The notes under the pieces were generated by a model. It saw only the letters and a list, made by a program, of their open reading frames with translations. It was not told where the DNA came from and ran no database searches. From an uncultured Actinomycetes bacterium (lineage in GTDB: Bacteria; Actinomycetota; Thermoleophilia; RBG-16-64-13), in NCBI GenBank assembly GCA_963706025.1, contig CAVPLM010000005.1, forward strand, positions 608,001-672,000: a stretch of 64,000 nucleotides of DNA, given 5' to 3'. Made by a program: the position numbers and the translations under genes. Each line of letters starts with the position of its first letter. Positions within the stretch are counted from its first letter, which is position 1. This document shows, in pieces, positions 1-9,921 of this stretch.

Positions 1-77
1 TCGGCCGAGATACGCTTGATCCCCGACTCGAAGTCGACGATCACGCCGTCCATGTCGATGTAGAGAATCTTCTTCAC
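1..77 (-). CDS. HAD-superfamily 5'(3')-nucleotidase (NT5C-like), N-terminal part; runs off the window edge
   Basis: Not in the ORF track. Reverse strand reads GTG-KKILYIDMDGVIVDFESGIKRISA, containing the HAD motif I DxDGV. A GGAGG RBS lies just upstream (within 81-90). Confidence 0.7.
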   Translation of the reverse strand, partial: MKKILYIDMDGVIVDFESGIKRISA

Positions 78-120
78 CGTATCCCTCCCGGGTTGTTGAC
101 AATGTCGCGTCTCCACGGGC

Positions 121-888
121 TCATCTGCAGAGAGCCGAGGCAAAGTCTTCGCGTCGAGAGAACTCGCGACTGCTCAGAAGCGTCCCTTCCTCCACCCGGA
201 CCCGGCCGTCCTCAATCACAGCGTAGCGAAACCTCCCGGGGTCGTCCATTCCCAGGAACGCGCACGGATCGATCATGTGGAAGCCGCGCTTCTCCAACTC
301 CGGTATGGACGGCGTGTGCCCGACAACCTGGCGGATTCCAGCCAGGGGAAGGAGAGGTGAGTACGGTCGCGGCCGAAACCACGTAGGACCGTCGTCGCCC
401 AGGATCCCCCGTTCGTCGTATTCCCCCGTCTCGAACTCCCGTCTGAGAGCGGTGAGAAAGGCCTGGTTGAGATGTGCGGCCAGGCGCTCGGGGTCGGACT
501 CACATTCCTCTTGGAAGACCCCCTCGTAGGCCTCGGAGACCCCGGCGTGGGTGATGAGCACTCCCTCGATGCAGGTGGCCACCTTCCAGGCCGCCGACGG
601 TCCCGCGTTCAGCACCTTATCGATGAGGAGTGGCCGAAAGCCGCGGTTTTCCGGCTCCTGAGGGTAGACGATGTAGTCCAGCAGCACGGCCACATCGTGG
701 TTGCCCATGAGCACCTCGGTGGCATGGTCCTGGACGAGGTCGATGCAGCCACCGGGATCGGGGCCGCGATCAAACAGGTCCCCGGCGTAGACGAAGCCGT
801 CCTCGCCGGGCCGAAAGCCGCCGTGATCGAGGGCGTTCTGGATGAGCTCGGGGTAGCCGTGAGCATCGGATATGACGAAGGTTCGCAT
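121..888 (-). CDS. Calcineurin-like metallophosphoesterase
   Basis: Motifs SDAHG, GDLFDRG, GNHD, THAG and VGHTP occur in canonical order. Confidence 0.9.
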   Translation of the reverse strand: MRTFVISDAHGYPELIQNALDHGGFRPGEDGFVYAGDLFDRGPDPGGCIDLVQDHATEVLMGNHDVAVLLDYIVYPQEPENRGFRPLLIDKVLNAGPSAAWKVATCIEGVLITHAGVSEAYEGVFQEECESDPERLAAHLNQAFLTALRREFETGEYDERGILGDDGPTWFRPRPYSPLLPLAGIRQVVGHTPSIPELEKRGFHMIDPCAFLGMDDPGRFRYAVIEDGRVRVEEGTLLSSREFSRREDFASALCR

Positions 889-934
889 CAGCTATCTCTT
901 TCTGCTGGTCCCCTGCGGACCAGATGCCTGCTTC

Positions 935-1130
935 TCAATCTTTGGTTTCGGGAAGACCGAGTTCGCGCACGAAGCGGTCGATATCTTCATCCGAGACGTT
1001 TCCATCCCGGTCGACCTTGAAGTAGCGCCGGGATCGGGCCTGCTTCCGGCCCGTCGGAAGCGATCTCGACAGGCGAGGAACGCTCCCGGGCGAGCCGGTC
1101 TTCCTGCTCTTTGCGCTTGCTGCGCGTCAT
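935..1130 (-). CDS. Small hypothetical protein (about 64 aa), probably with one frameshift
   Basis: ATG at 1130 overlaps the upstream TGA (ATGA coupling). Reads MTRSKRKEQEDRLARE..., then after a frame change ...RRYFKVDRDGNVSDEDIDRFVRELGLPETKD*. Fills the gap inside the operon. Confidence 0.35.
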
Positions 1131-2142
1131 GCGGCTACTTTGGGAAACAGCGACAGCTGGATCAACTCTTCTTCCCAGACCAGTCCTGAGCCAGAGACCT
1201 GCTTGGTCTCCAGACGCAGGTCATAGCCCAAATCAGCGGCCGGCTGCTCCTCGACCCCGGCCTCGCGAATCTCGGCGAACAGTCGGAGCGCGGATGCCTC
1301 CGCATCGAAATCCTTCGGTACCGCTGCTTTGTGAAGCAGAGCTTCGAGCGCGTACCCGCGAAGCAGCTTGGGATAGAGCCGTGTGAAGCGCTTGGCCGGC
1401 TGCAGGAGGTCCAGACAGACGAACTCGCCGCCGAGGAACACCAGCGCTCCCACGGTGTCGTTCGCGGTGGAGGAGACGTCGAGCGCGAAGGCCCGAAGGA
1501 TCCTCTCGAGATCGTTCTTCCCGGCCTCATAGGTGTCGGCCATGGCCATGGTCGGTGAGTCGATCCCCAGGGCCAAAGCCGATCTTCGGACCTCGTTCCA
1601 GACCGCTCCTTGGTCGGACATACAAGCCTGAGCACGTAGAAGCTGAGGCTCCTCGCTCATCCTCCCCTGCAGCCCGCTCAGCTTCGCGACCTGCGGGCGT
1701 GGGCTTTCATGTGCTCGCGCACCTTACGCTCCTTTTCCCGGCGCAAGGCGGAGTGGCTGATGTACACGCCCGAGTCGAAGGCTCGGCTGCGGTGACTCCA
1801 GCGGCCCTGCTCCACGCAGCTCACCGGGAGCACCGTCTTACCCACCCCCACCAGGATGGTGGCGTTGGCGATGCGGTTCTGCTTCGCCCCCACCAGTTCC
1901 TCGCCGTCGAAGATGAGGACCGGCCAGGGACCCTTGTTCACGGCCTGCAGATAGGGAACGGATCCGGCCTCGCTCACCTCGGTTATGGTGAGCGTGCCTC
2001 GGGTGATAGCCTGCTCGAGGAGCACGTAGCGAGCCTTGACCTTCGCCTTGGAGCGGAGAGGCAGGATGCACAGAGCACCGTCCCACATGGGCGCTCCCGG
2101 CCTGAGCGTCCCCATCGCTTCTTTTACCTTCTGTTCGTACAT
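1127..2142 (-). CDS. ARPP-1 (DUF6569) family protein, split by a frameshift near 1670
   Basis: Signature GEELVGAKQNRIAN...LPVSCVEQGRW in ORF 1678..2208; continuation SDQGAVWNEV...YPKLLRGYALEA in ORF 1127..1660. Likely start MYEQK at 2142. Confidence 0.8.
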
Positions 2143-2210
2143 CACGGCCTCTCTTTCTTTCAGTATCGCGGCTCCCCGGCCCCTCCGGGAATCACTGCTC
2201 CGCATCACTT

Positions 2211-2232
2211 ACAGTAGTAATTATACCACTGT
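2211..2232. promoter_or_regulatory. Imperfect palindrome (candidate operator) overlapping an extended -10 box of the ARPP-1 operon
   Basis: ACAGTAGTA-ATTA-TACCACTGT; the minus strand reads TGG-TATAAT (TATAAT at 2225-2220). Lies in the AT-rich divergent intergenic region. Confidence 0.55.
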
Positions 2233-2326
2233 TAGCGACTTATTAAACACAGAACCCCTAGCGCACGGGCTCTCAGCGTGATATCGTCTAGACATAGTGT
2301 GACACGCGCCTCGGACAGGAAAACGC

Positions 2327-2866
2327 ATGGGACGCAGAAGCAGCCAGCATGACGAGCCCGGATACTCCCCGGCCTTCGCCAAGGCCCTCGGGCGGGAGAT
2401 CAAGGTGATGCGTACTGATCTCGGTATCGAGCGACGGGAGTTTGCCGAGCGGGCGGGGATCTCCTACTCCTACATCACCGAGATCGAGAACGGCAACAAG
2501 CCGCCATCGTCCTCGGTATTGGAAGATATCGCGAGCGCCTTGGGCATGCGCATGTCCCAGCTCATTCAGGCGGCCGAGGAGCGCATGGACACGGCAGAAC
2601 TAGAACAAGGGCGGTCGGCGCCCTACGAAGCCGAGCTGCTCCAGCCCTCCCCTCGCCTCTCCATGGAGGAGTTGCCGTCGGCTCCGGAGCACCTGAATCT
2701 ACAACTGCGCGCTGCTCTTCCCCGTCGCTATGCCATGCGGCCCAGCCTCAGAGGCCCGAACCGGAACCTGCGCGCGGCCCTTATGGAGCTGGAGGAACTG
2801 CTCAGGAACATGGCGACGGAGGACGTCGAGCGCCTGCTGGACTATGCGCGCCGGCTGGCGCGTTAA
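2327..2866 (+). CDS. XRE-family helix-turn-helix transcriptional regulator
   Basis: N-terminal HTH GREIKVMR...FAERAGISYSYITEIENGNKPPS; divergent from the ARPP-1 operon. Confidence 0.88.
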   Translation: MGRRSSQHDEPGYSPAFAKALGREIKVMRTDLGIERREFAERAGISYSYITEIENGNKPPSSSVLEDIASALGMRMSQLIQAAEERMDTAELEQGRSAPYEAELLQPSPRLSMEELPSAPEHLNLQLRAALPRRYAMRPSLRGPNRNLRAALMELEELLRNMATEDVERLLDYARRLAR

Positions 2867-3204
2867 GCAACGTCAGCTACATCACAGAGTCGAGCTCTCA
2901 CCGGCCGCACCTCACCGCCGTGGCCGGCTTCCGCCCCTTTTGCAGTTCGGCCCACTGATAACGAATCAGCGGGCCGGCCGGCAAACCGGCCCCCAGCTTG
3001 GCCTACTTCCCTTTCTCACCGTAGCGAATGACAGCCAGGCCTATGCGAGCGAATATCGCCACCACAAACCCCACGATCCCCACGATTAGCGTTATCGTCG
3101 CCAGTACGAGCACGGCCGCGCTGTCTGTGTACCGTGCAGGTGGATTCTCTTTCTCGAAGCCCACCAGCCGGTCTTCCTCCACCTTTGGATCGAATCCCTT
3201 CATT

Positions 3205-3310
3205 CCCTACCGGGGAGGGTCTCTCGGCAACCGCGGGTTGGAGATCCAGTACCTCGAAGACCCGTTCGAACGACACCACTGTGGTCATGATATCTCGAAC
3301 ACCCGACACG
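3205..3310 (-). pseudogene. Short remnant resembling the TMD-NBD junction of an ABC exporter
   Basis: Translation VRDIMTTVVSFERVFEVLDLQPAVAERP resembles the SFERVFEVLD segment of actinobacterial ABC exporters; flanking domains are absent. Confidence 0.35.
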
Positions 3311-3450
3311 AGGTTAGGGGTCAAGACTCATTCGAGAAGTGGACGGCTCCGAGCTGCCGCGGCGCTGCTTGGGGTACCATGCAGTATGCAGCAGAAGAGC
3401 CAGCGTGGGTCGAGCTGGACAGCGAAGTGGAAAGTGGGGAATAGGGCGAG

Positions 3451-4467
3451 ATGCCTCTCGGCGGATACTGCGAGGCGTGCGGTCGATGGGTGTGGGTGGC
3501 GCCCAATGGATCCTGCCGGTCTGGCCACCCGCCCAGCCGGGTGCGGGAGGTGCAGCAACTCAGGCCGCTGACCTCCCCCCGCGGGACGCTCATGCGCACG
3601 CCGCCAACACCTAAGGTCACTCCCTATCACGTGCGTTTCTGGTGGAGGCACTCGGCCTGGATCCTGCTCACGCTGACCCTCGGCTTCCTCAACTGGCTGG
3701 CCTTCGTCTACATCGGCCTGCGTGCGCGTCAATCGCAGTGGTTGATCTGGGGCTTCGTCTACCTGTTGCCCTTGGCCGCGACCGTCGCCGCCATCGGCTC
3801 GCCGTACTTCTGGTTTGCCCTCGCGGTCCAGATCGTCGTTGCAGTCGTCTCCTTCATCCATGCGGTCGCTGTGCGCCCGCGGTACCGGGCGCTCATGTTT
3901 GGTGATCCCCCTATCGGGTCGGTGCCCGCACCGCCCATGATGGTCGCTCAACAACGGCCGGACCTGGCGCGAAATCTGGACCAGAACGTGGCCCAGACCT
4001 TGCGCGAAGCCTACCAGCGAGTAGGTGAGATGAGTGACGCCGCCAACCACATCGCCAGGCCCGAGACCCGCCAGGCCATCGCCCAGCTCTGCGCCACGGC
4101 CCAGCAGATCCTGGCCGAGATCCAAAAACACCCCCAGAGGATGGACGTGGCCCGGGGGTTCCTAACCTACTACCTGGAAGCGGCGGCCCGCATAGTGAGG
4201 GGCTACGAGGAACTGGTGGCCCGGGGCAGCGATTCGCCCGAGGTCCGGAAGACCCTGGCCCAGGCCGAGAACTCGCTCCCCGGCATCCAGAGAGCCTTCG
4301 ACAGCCACCTGGAATCCCTGCTGCAGCTCGACTTACTGGACCTGGAGAGCGAGATAGACCTGCTGGACAAGACCGTGCAGATGGAGAACCGGTTCAACTC
4401 CGGGCCCGAGATCGACTCGGCACCCGTGACCGTTACACCGATGCGTCCTGCTGGGGGCGCGAGATGA
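3451..4467 (+). CDS. XpaC-like (5-bromo-4-chloroindolyl phosphate hydrolysis family) membrane protein with an N-terminal Cys/His motif
   Basis: C-terminal helical region ARGFLTYYLEAAARIVRGY...DLESEIDLL; three hydrophobic segments; N-terminal CEAC...C...H; immediately upstream of a TelA homologue. Confidence 0.75.
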   Translation: MPLGGYCEACGRWVWVAPNGSCRSGHPPSRVREVQQLRPLTSPRGTLMRTPPTPKVTPYHVRFWWRHSAWILLTLTLGFLNWLAFVYIGLRARQSQWLIWGFVYLLPLAATVAAIGSPYFWFALAVQIVVAVVSFIHAVAVRPRYRALMFGDPPIGSVPAPPMMVAQQRPDLARNLDQNVAQTLREAYQRVGEMSDAANHIARPETRQAIAQLCATAQQILAEIQKHPQRMDVARGFLTYYLEAAARIVRGYEELVARGSDSPEVRKTLAQAENSLPGIQRAFDSHLESLLQLDLLDLESEIDLLDKTVQMENRFNSGPEIDSAPVTVTPMRPAGGAR

Positions 4468-4503
4468 CCGTGGGAGGTGTCCGATGACCGCAGGAGGTGC
4501 CCG

Positions 4504-5652
4504 ATGACCGACGATACAGCCTCTCGCCCGGCGGACCTTCCCGCCGCGTTCGAGCCGGTGCTTCCCGGGGAGGTCGGCGCCGCCCTTCCCGCAGAGGGCG
4601 AAGTCGCGCCCGGACCGCGGGCGTTGACGCCCGAAGAGCAGGCCCGGGTGGACGCCATCCGGGAATCCATCGACGTGACCGACGCCCAGATGGTGCTCCA
4701 GTACGGCCTCACGGCGCAGAACAAGATCTCAGCCTTCACCGACTCGCTGTTGGCCGACGTTCGTACGCGCGACACCGGGGAAGCGGGGCGGGCACTGACC
4801 TCCCTCCTGGGCAAGGTCAGGGAGCTGAACGTCGACGCGCTGGCCAAGGGAACGTCAGGATCGCGCATCCCTCTGGTGGGCAAGCTCATGGACGGGTTCA
4901 AGCGTTTCGAAGCCCGCTACGAGAAGCTCTCCTCCAGCCTGGAGAAGCTCATCACCGGCCTGGAGCGGACCCGCATGGGCCTGCTGAAGGACCTCACCGT
5001 GCTCGACAAGATGTACGAGCTCAACCTCGAGTACTTACGCCAGCTCGACCTGTACATCGCCGCCGGTGACGAGACTCTCGAGGAGCTTAACACCAGGCGG
5101 CTCCCCGCCATGGAGGTGGGAGTAAGGGCGTCGCAGGACCCGCTCGTGGCTCAGCAACTGGCCGATTTCCGCCAGGCAGGGCTGAGGTTTGAGCGACGCC
5201 TCCACGACCTGAAACTCACGCGCACCATCGCCATACAGAGTGCGCCGCAGATCCGTCTTATCGAGGCCAACAACCAGGGTCTGGTGGAGAAGATCCAGAC
5301 GTCGGTGACCAACACCATCCCCCTGTGGAAGAACCAGATCATCATCGCCCTCAGCCTCTACCGCCAGCAGCAGGCCCTAGCCGTGCAGAAGGCGGTCACA
5401 GACACGACGAACGAGCTGCTCGCGAAGAACGCCGAGATGCTCCGGACGGGTTCGGCCGAGGTGGCCCGCGAGACCGAGCGCGGGATCGTGGATATCGAGA
5501 CCCTCCGCAAGGTCAACGACGACCTGATCGCCACGCTGGAGGAGACGATCCGCATTCAGGACGAGGGTCACGCGCGCCGGGTACAGGCAGAGGTGGAGCT
5601 GCTTCGTCTGCAGTCGGAGCTCAGGAAGAAGCTGGTCGACCTGGCTGGGTAG
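4504..5652 (+). CDS. telA: Toxic anion resistance protein, TelA/KlaA family
   Basis: Motifs RRLHDLKLTR, QSAPQIRLI, NTIPLWKNQ and ERGIVDIETL; AGGAGG RBS before the ATG at 4504. Confidence 0.92.
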   Translation: MTDDTASRPADLPAAFEPVLPGEVGAALPAEGEVAPGPRALTPEEQARVDAIRESIDVTDAQMVLQYGLTAQNKISAFTDSLLADVRTRDTGEAGRALTSLLGKVRELNVDALAKGTSGSRIPLVGKLMDGFKRFEARYEKLSSSLEKLITGLERTRMGLLKDLTVLDKMYELNLEYLRQLDLYIAAGDETLEELNTRRLPAMEVGVRASQDPLVAQQLADFRQAGLRFERRLHDLKLTRTIAIQSAPQIRLIEANNQGLVEKIQTSVTNTIPLWKNQIIIALSLYRQQQALAVQKAVTDTTNELLAKNAEMLRTGSAEVARETERGIVDIETLRKVNDDLIATLEETIRIQDEGHARRVQAEVELLRLQSELRKKLVDLAG

Positions 5653-5821
5653 TCGGCACCGCGGCCGGGATGGGTTCATCAGCCCGCCGGTCGGGTGTCC
5701 AGTCGCAAGGTAAGCAGAAGGGATCAGAAGTAAGCAAGGAGGGGTAGAAACGGAGTTCCACGCGAACGACGATACTCTCTCGAATAATGCCTTTTTACAG
5801 GTATTTTCTTCTTCTGCTAGG

Positions 5822-5893
5822 AGCCGGTGAAGGGACTTGAACCCCTAACCTGCTGATTACAAATCAGCTGCTCTACCATTGAGCTACACCGGC
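5822..5893 (-). tRNA. tRNA-Thr (anticodon TGT)
   Basis: Reverse complement GCCGGTG TAGCTCAATGGTAGAGC A GCTGA TTTGTAA TCAGC AGGTT AGGGG TTCAAGT CCCTT CACCGGC T folds as a full cloverleaf. Followed by CCT, so CCA is not fully encoded. Confidence 0.97.
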
Positions 5894-6182
5894 CCGAGAG
5901 GCGGCACCGCACCACGCCGCCGCTCCCCGCCCACCGCCGGCACGCCCCCATTGCCGGCATTCGCCGGCACGGTAAGCGCGCCACCGCAAAGCCAGAAGAT
6001 TTTAGCGCGCCTGCGCCCATCGCGCGGCCTCGTGATGGTCCGTAGCCGCAAGAGGATCGACCAACGCTTGAGAATCACCACTCCTGGGTAAGGATTCATA
6101 CTAGAAGGCTCGCTCGCATCAGCCCTTGATGAGTCCGCCCCCTTCCGCTCCTTTCACGCACGACGCGAAGCCGAACCTCTCC

Positions 6183-6208
6183 TGCAACTAACCGAACGCG
6201 TATCCGAC
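6183..6208 (+). promoter_or_regulatory. Possible ECF-sigma-type promoter
   Basis: TGCAAC-N16-CGAC, ending about 25 nt before the ATG at 6233; resembles SigX/SigW-type consensus. Confidence 0.3.
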
Positions 6209-6232
6209 TCGCCGATCTGAGGGAGGCTAATC

Positions 6233-6502
6233 ATGCTATTCGTGACATTGGGCGCCGCAAAAGCGGCAACGACCAAGGAGCGGGTCGCTCGACGGATGCA
6301 GTGGTCCTATCCTCCGGGAACACGCATCATCGCCGAATACTGGCTCCAGATCCCCGATCCGACGGTGATCGTGATCTCCGAGGCCGACGATATCGCCCCC
6401 ATAATGGCTGCGACGAGCGCCTGGGACGACGTCTTTTCCTTCACGGTCGTGCCGGCCGTGACCGCGGAACAAGGAATGGAGCTCGCCAAGAAGATGACGT
6501 GA
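6233..6502 (+). CDS. Small DUF3303/GYD-like protein
   Basis: 89 aa with GGAGG RBS; pattern WSYPPGTRIIAEYW...VISEADD...WDDVFSFTVVPAVT. Confidence 0.7.
   Translation: MLFVTLGAAKAATTKERVARRMQWSYPPGTRIIAEYWLQIPDPTVIVISEADDIAPIMAATSAWDDVFSFTVVPAVTAEQGMELAKKMT
6404..6456 (+). repeat. Direct repeat, copy 1 (53 bp; partner at 10256-10308)
   Basis: First 28 bp ATGGCTGCGACGAGCGCCTGGGACGACG are identical in both copies; 46 of 53 positions match by manual alignment. Confidence 0.9.
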
Positions 6503-6659
6503 CGGTCCGAGACCGGAACGACCAAGCGGTCGTCGACCGCCTCGACGGAGCAGTGGGGCCCTCATAGGGGCTGATGCGAGCGGCCCGCAGCACTGCCCGG
6601 AACGCCCCCCGTGTCTCGTTGTCCTCTCCGGCGCACACCGAGAGTGAAGGTACCCACGC

Positions 6660-8115
6660 TCAGCAGGCGTTTCCGCCCCTGGCCAGCTCGAGATAGCGCT
6701 CGGCGACCTTTCCCCAGGAAGCAAACCGTAGGCGGCAGAGATCGTGGAGTTGGTCACGAAAGGCGAAACCAGCCGTGGGGTAGCGACCGAGAACGTGTAT
6801 CGCCAGGCGCGAGAGCTCCTCGCTGAGGCATTGACCGGGAGCGAGGGCCCTCAGCAGCGGGTCCGCCAAGGCGTCCGCCACCACATCGACTATAGGGGCG
6901 AGGCCGGAGTGGAAGCTTGCGAGGGGCAGAGCGCCGGCGGAAAGCGCCTCGATGGTGACGAGCCCGACTGCCTCTGGGAATACGGACGGGGCCAGCGAGA
7001 CATCCGCGGCAGCAAAGAGGCGACCGAGCTGGGCTGACGTTGAGATGGCCGAGAAAGTGCAATGGCAGAGGGCCGACGTGGGGCACCGCGGCGGGAACCA
7101 ACTCACCGAACTCTGGTGGGGCACGGAGCTCATCTGACTTAGCGGCAAGCGCACGCGCGGCCGCCTCATCCCCCTCGCCGAGCAGTCTCGCCAGCTCCGT
7201 CAAGGGCGCCTGAGCCGGGCCCTCCCCCGCGATCAGCAACCGCACCGAAGGATAGTGCGCAAGCACACGAGGCAGGCAAGAGACGGCGTATTGGACGCCT
7301 TTCGTCCACATCAGCCGACCGGCGTAGACGATGATGCGGTCCTCGGGGCGCAATTCAAGCCCGTCGGGCAGAGCGACCTCGCGGGTTAGAGCCTCGATCG
7401 CGGCCATTCGATCGGAGGCAGGGGCAAAGGTGCGCGCATCGACCCCCGGCGGGATCGCAAACGTCTTGCTCGCCATAGGCAAGCGGTGCTCCGCCGCCCA
7501 GGTGACGATCTCGGCAGCGCCTGGTTCGGAGACGGCCACCACTGCGGCAGCGGCCTCGAGGCCCTCCAAGGCGAAGGGGGCAAGCCGCCGATCACGCTTG
7601 ACGCTGAAGTTGAGCTCCGACCCATGCACGGTCACGACGTAGGGAGTGTCCGCGGCGAGCGCCTGCTTGACGAGGTACGGGGCCATCATCGCGTGGTTCG
7701 CGAGGACGAGGTCAGGGGGCCAGGTCGCGAATATGGTCCGTAGGGCGGAAGCATTGTCGAGTACGTACGCTTCGATCCACTCGGTGGGGCTGTCTTGAAA
7801 CGCCCTTACCTGCTCGGCCTCGAACCCCGGGAAAGGACCGTCGACGTACACGAGCAGACGCCGAAGCTGCGGCCGAACGAGCCGGCAGCGCCCCTCGTAG
7901 AGCGGTGGTCGTACATCACCGAGGGGCATCGGCTCGGCGTTGTTCTCATCGACGACGTAGACGGCATCGACGAAGTCGTACAGTTCGGGACTGCGCTCCT
8001 GGCAGACGAGAGTGACGTCATGACCCCGCCGGACCAGCTCACGCACCACCTCGCGCGCGTATATCCCGCTCCCTGAGTCATGAAGGTAGTACCCATGAAC
8101 AACGGCGACGCGCAC
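6660..8115 (-). CDS. Glycosyltransferase family 4, frameshift near 7040
   Basis: GSGIY...GHDV, YAGRLMWTKG in ORF 6754..8115; PSVFPEAVGLVTIEALSAG in ORF 6660..7169. Confidence 0.88.
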
Positions 8116-8246
8116 TGCGACCTCCAGGAGGGATGCGGCTAGGGCATCGATTCTCGGTTCAGAGGACCGAGACTACCACTACTGCCAGAGTCAGACGAGG
8201 CGTCCGAGAGGAGCGGGCCTCTTACGGGAACTCGGGCTCGTGAGGG

Positions 8247-9339
8247 TCAGTACTTGGCCGCCTGCAGATCCTCGAGATCGCCGGGACTGAGGTCGGCCAG
8301 GAACCCCAGTACGAATGCGCCGGCCTCCTGGATCCTGGCCGCGCTGCAGTGCTCGTAGGTGTCACCGGTGGTGTGGTAGAGCGGGTCCTCGCGCCACTCC
8401 AGCCAGGCGGCCGGGTAGCCCGCCAACTCGAAGGGCTCGTGGTCACTGTATCCGAAGGAGGAGGGGTCCTTCACGTAGGTGAGACTGACCCCCGTCGCAC
8501 GTGCGTAAGCCTCGAGCATGTCCCGGAGTCTGCGAGGACCCTGACTCATCGTCCGCACGGTGAACGTGTCACCGTAGCCCACCATGTCCAGGGAGATCAT
8601 GGCGACCACGAGCCCTCGGTCGGCGGCCGTCATCTGCTGAACGTAGGCTCGGGAGCCATAGTGATGATGGTCGGGGTCGGTGTCGATCATCTCCTCATTG
8701 CCGAAGAGAACAAAGACCACGGTCGGGGAGATATCGGCGCCCATCACGTCGCGAGCGAGTTCGAGGACCGCGGCCGAACCCGACGCGTTGTCATTGCCTC
8801 CGGGGGACGGTTCTTTGCTGTCCATGTGTCCGCCGATGACGACCGTCAGAGGAGACGAGCCCTTCTTGACCGCGATGACGTTGTGCGACGTCAGGCCGTT
8901 CGGCACGGGAACGTCGGTCAGAACGGCCTCGTAGCCGAGGCCGTTCAGATAGCCCGCGGCATACTGGGCGGCCTCGGCCTCGGCCTCGGTCCCGCCCCGC
9001 CTCACGCCGATCTCGGCGGCCAGCTTCCCGACGTGGTTCATGGCCTGTGCCGCATCGAAGGCCAAGACCGGCTGCGGCGGCGGCTCCGTCGATGTGGTTG
9101 TGCTCGGGAGCGTGGACGTCGTGGTGCTCAGGAGCCTCGAGCGCACGGTGGTGGTGCTTGCGACTGCGGCGCCGGGCGTCGCACTCCTCGTGCTCGTCGT
9201 GGAAACCGCGAGCGACTCGCGTCGTGCTGCTCGAGACGACCGGCTGAGAGCGGGGTCCGGCGAAGAGATAGAGGAGTCCCACCCCGAGGAGAACCGCAAT
9301 CACGACGACTGCTACGACGACAAGGATGGTCCGCTTCAT
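8247..9339 (-). CDS. Secreted or membrane-anchored M28 family metallopeptidase, frameshifted in the Ser/Thr-rich N-terminal linker
   Basis: GGHMDS, GGNDNASG, NEE, SLDMVG, SDHEPF and YHTTGD motifs; hydrophobic N-terminus MKRTILVVVAVVVIAVLL lies in another frame starting at 9339. Confidence 0.88.
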
Positions 9340-9480
9340 GCGGGCAGTCTAGCAAAGGGCACTGACGAGCCCACTGTGGAGCAGTCGTGTCGGTCTCCTG
9401 TGGACCGGTCTCGCGCCGACTCCGGGTCGTCCGATCCGGCCTCCCAGGTAGGAACAGCGGTCGGAGAAACCCGGTCGGCG

Positions 9481-9921
9481 TTACTTGAGCATCTTGAGCG
9501 CCAGAACCCCCATGGCCCCGAAAGCCGTGAGCGCCGCCAGGCTCACTTTGGTGACGTCGAACAACGGCTTCACCTGGACTCCGTCTGGGGTGACGATGAT
9601 GGCGGCTACCGGTCGGCCGACGGATCCACCGCCACCGCCCCCTCCTCCGCCGGCCCCTTCAAGGGCGCTTCCTGCGGAAGTACTTGGTTCCTCCGAGGCT
9701 TCGCTTCGGCGGGCGCGAGGCAGCCCGAACCCCATGCCTGAGCCGAACCCCCCGCCGCTGGCGACTTCGGATGCGGTTATCACCGTGTATTGGCCGGACG
9801 TGACCGGTTGGCCGAACACCTTGGTGGAATCCCCTGAGGACAGCAGCCGGTCCAATGCCTGCAATCTCCCTTGGGACTCCTTCTCCACGTTCTGCAGGAA
9901 CTCGCGGATCGCTTCGTTCAT
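9481..9921 (-). CDS. YtfJ/GerW-like glycine-rich protein
   Basis: VFGQPV...GGGFGSG...GGGGGGGGSVGRPVAAIIVTPDGVQVKP; start MNEAIRE overlaps the upstream stop. Confidence 0.75.
   Translation of the reverse strand: MNEAIREFLQNVEKESQGRLQALDRLLSSGDSTKVFGQPVTSGQYTVITASEVASGGGFGSGMGFGLPRARRSEASEEPSTSAGSALEGAGGGGGGGGGSVGRPVAAIIVTPDGVQVKPLFDVTKVSLAALTAFGAMGVLALKMLK

Noticed and set aside
3003-3203. Small membrane protein gene
   Set aside because: One hydrophobic stretch only, no clear RBS, and adjacent to an ABC-transporter remnant; insufficient support.
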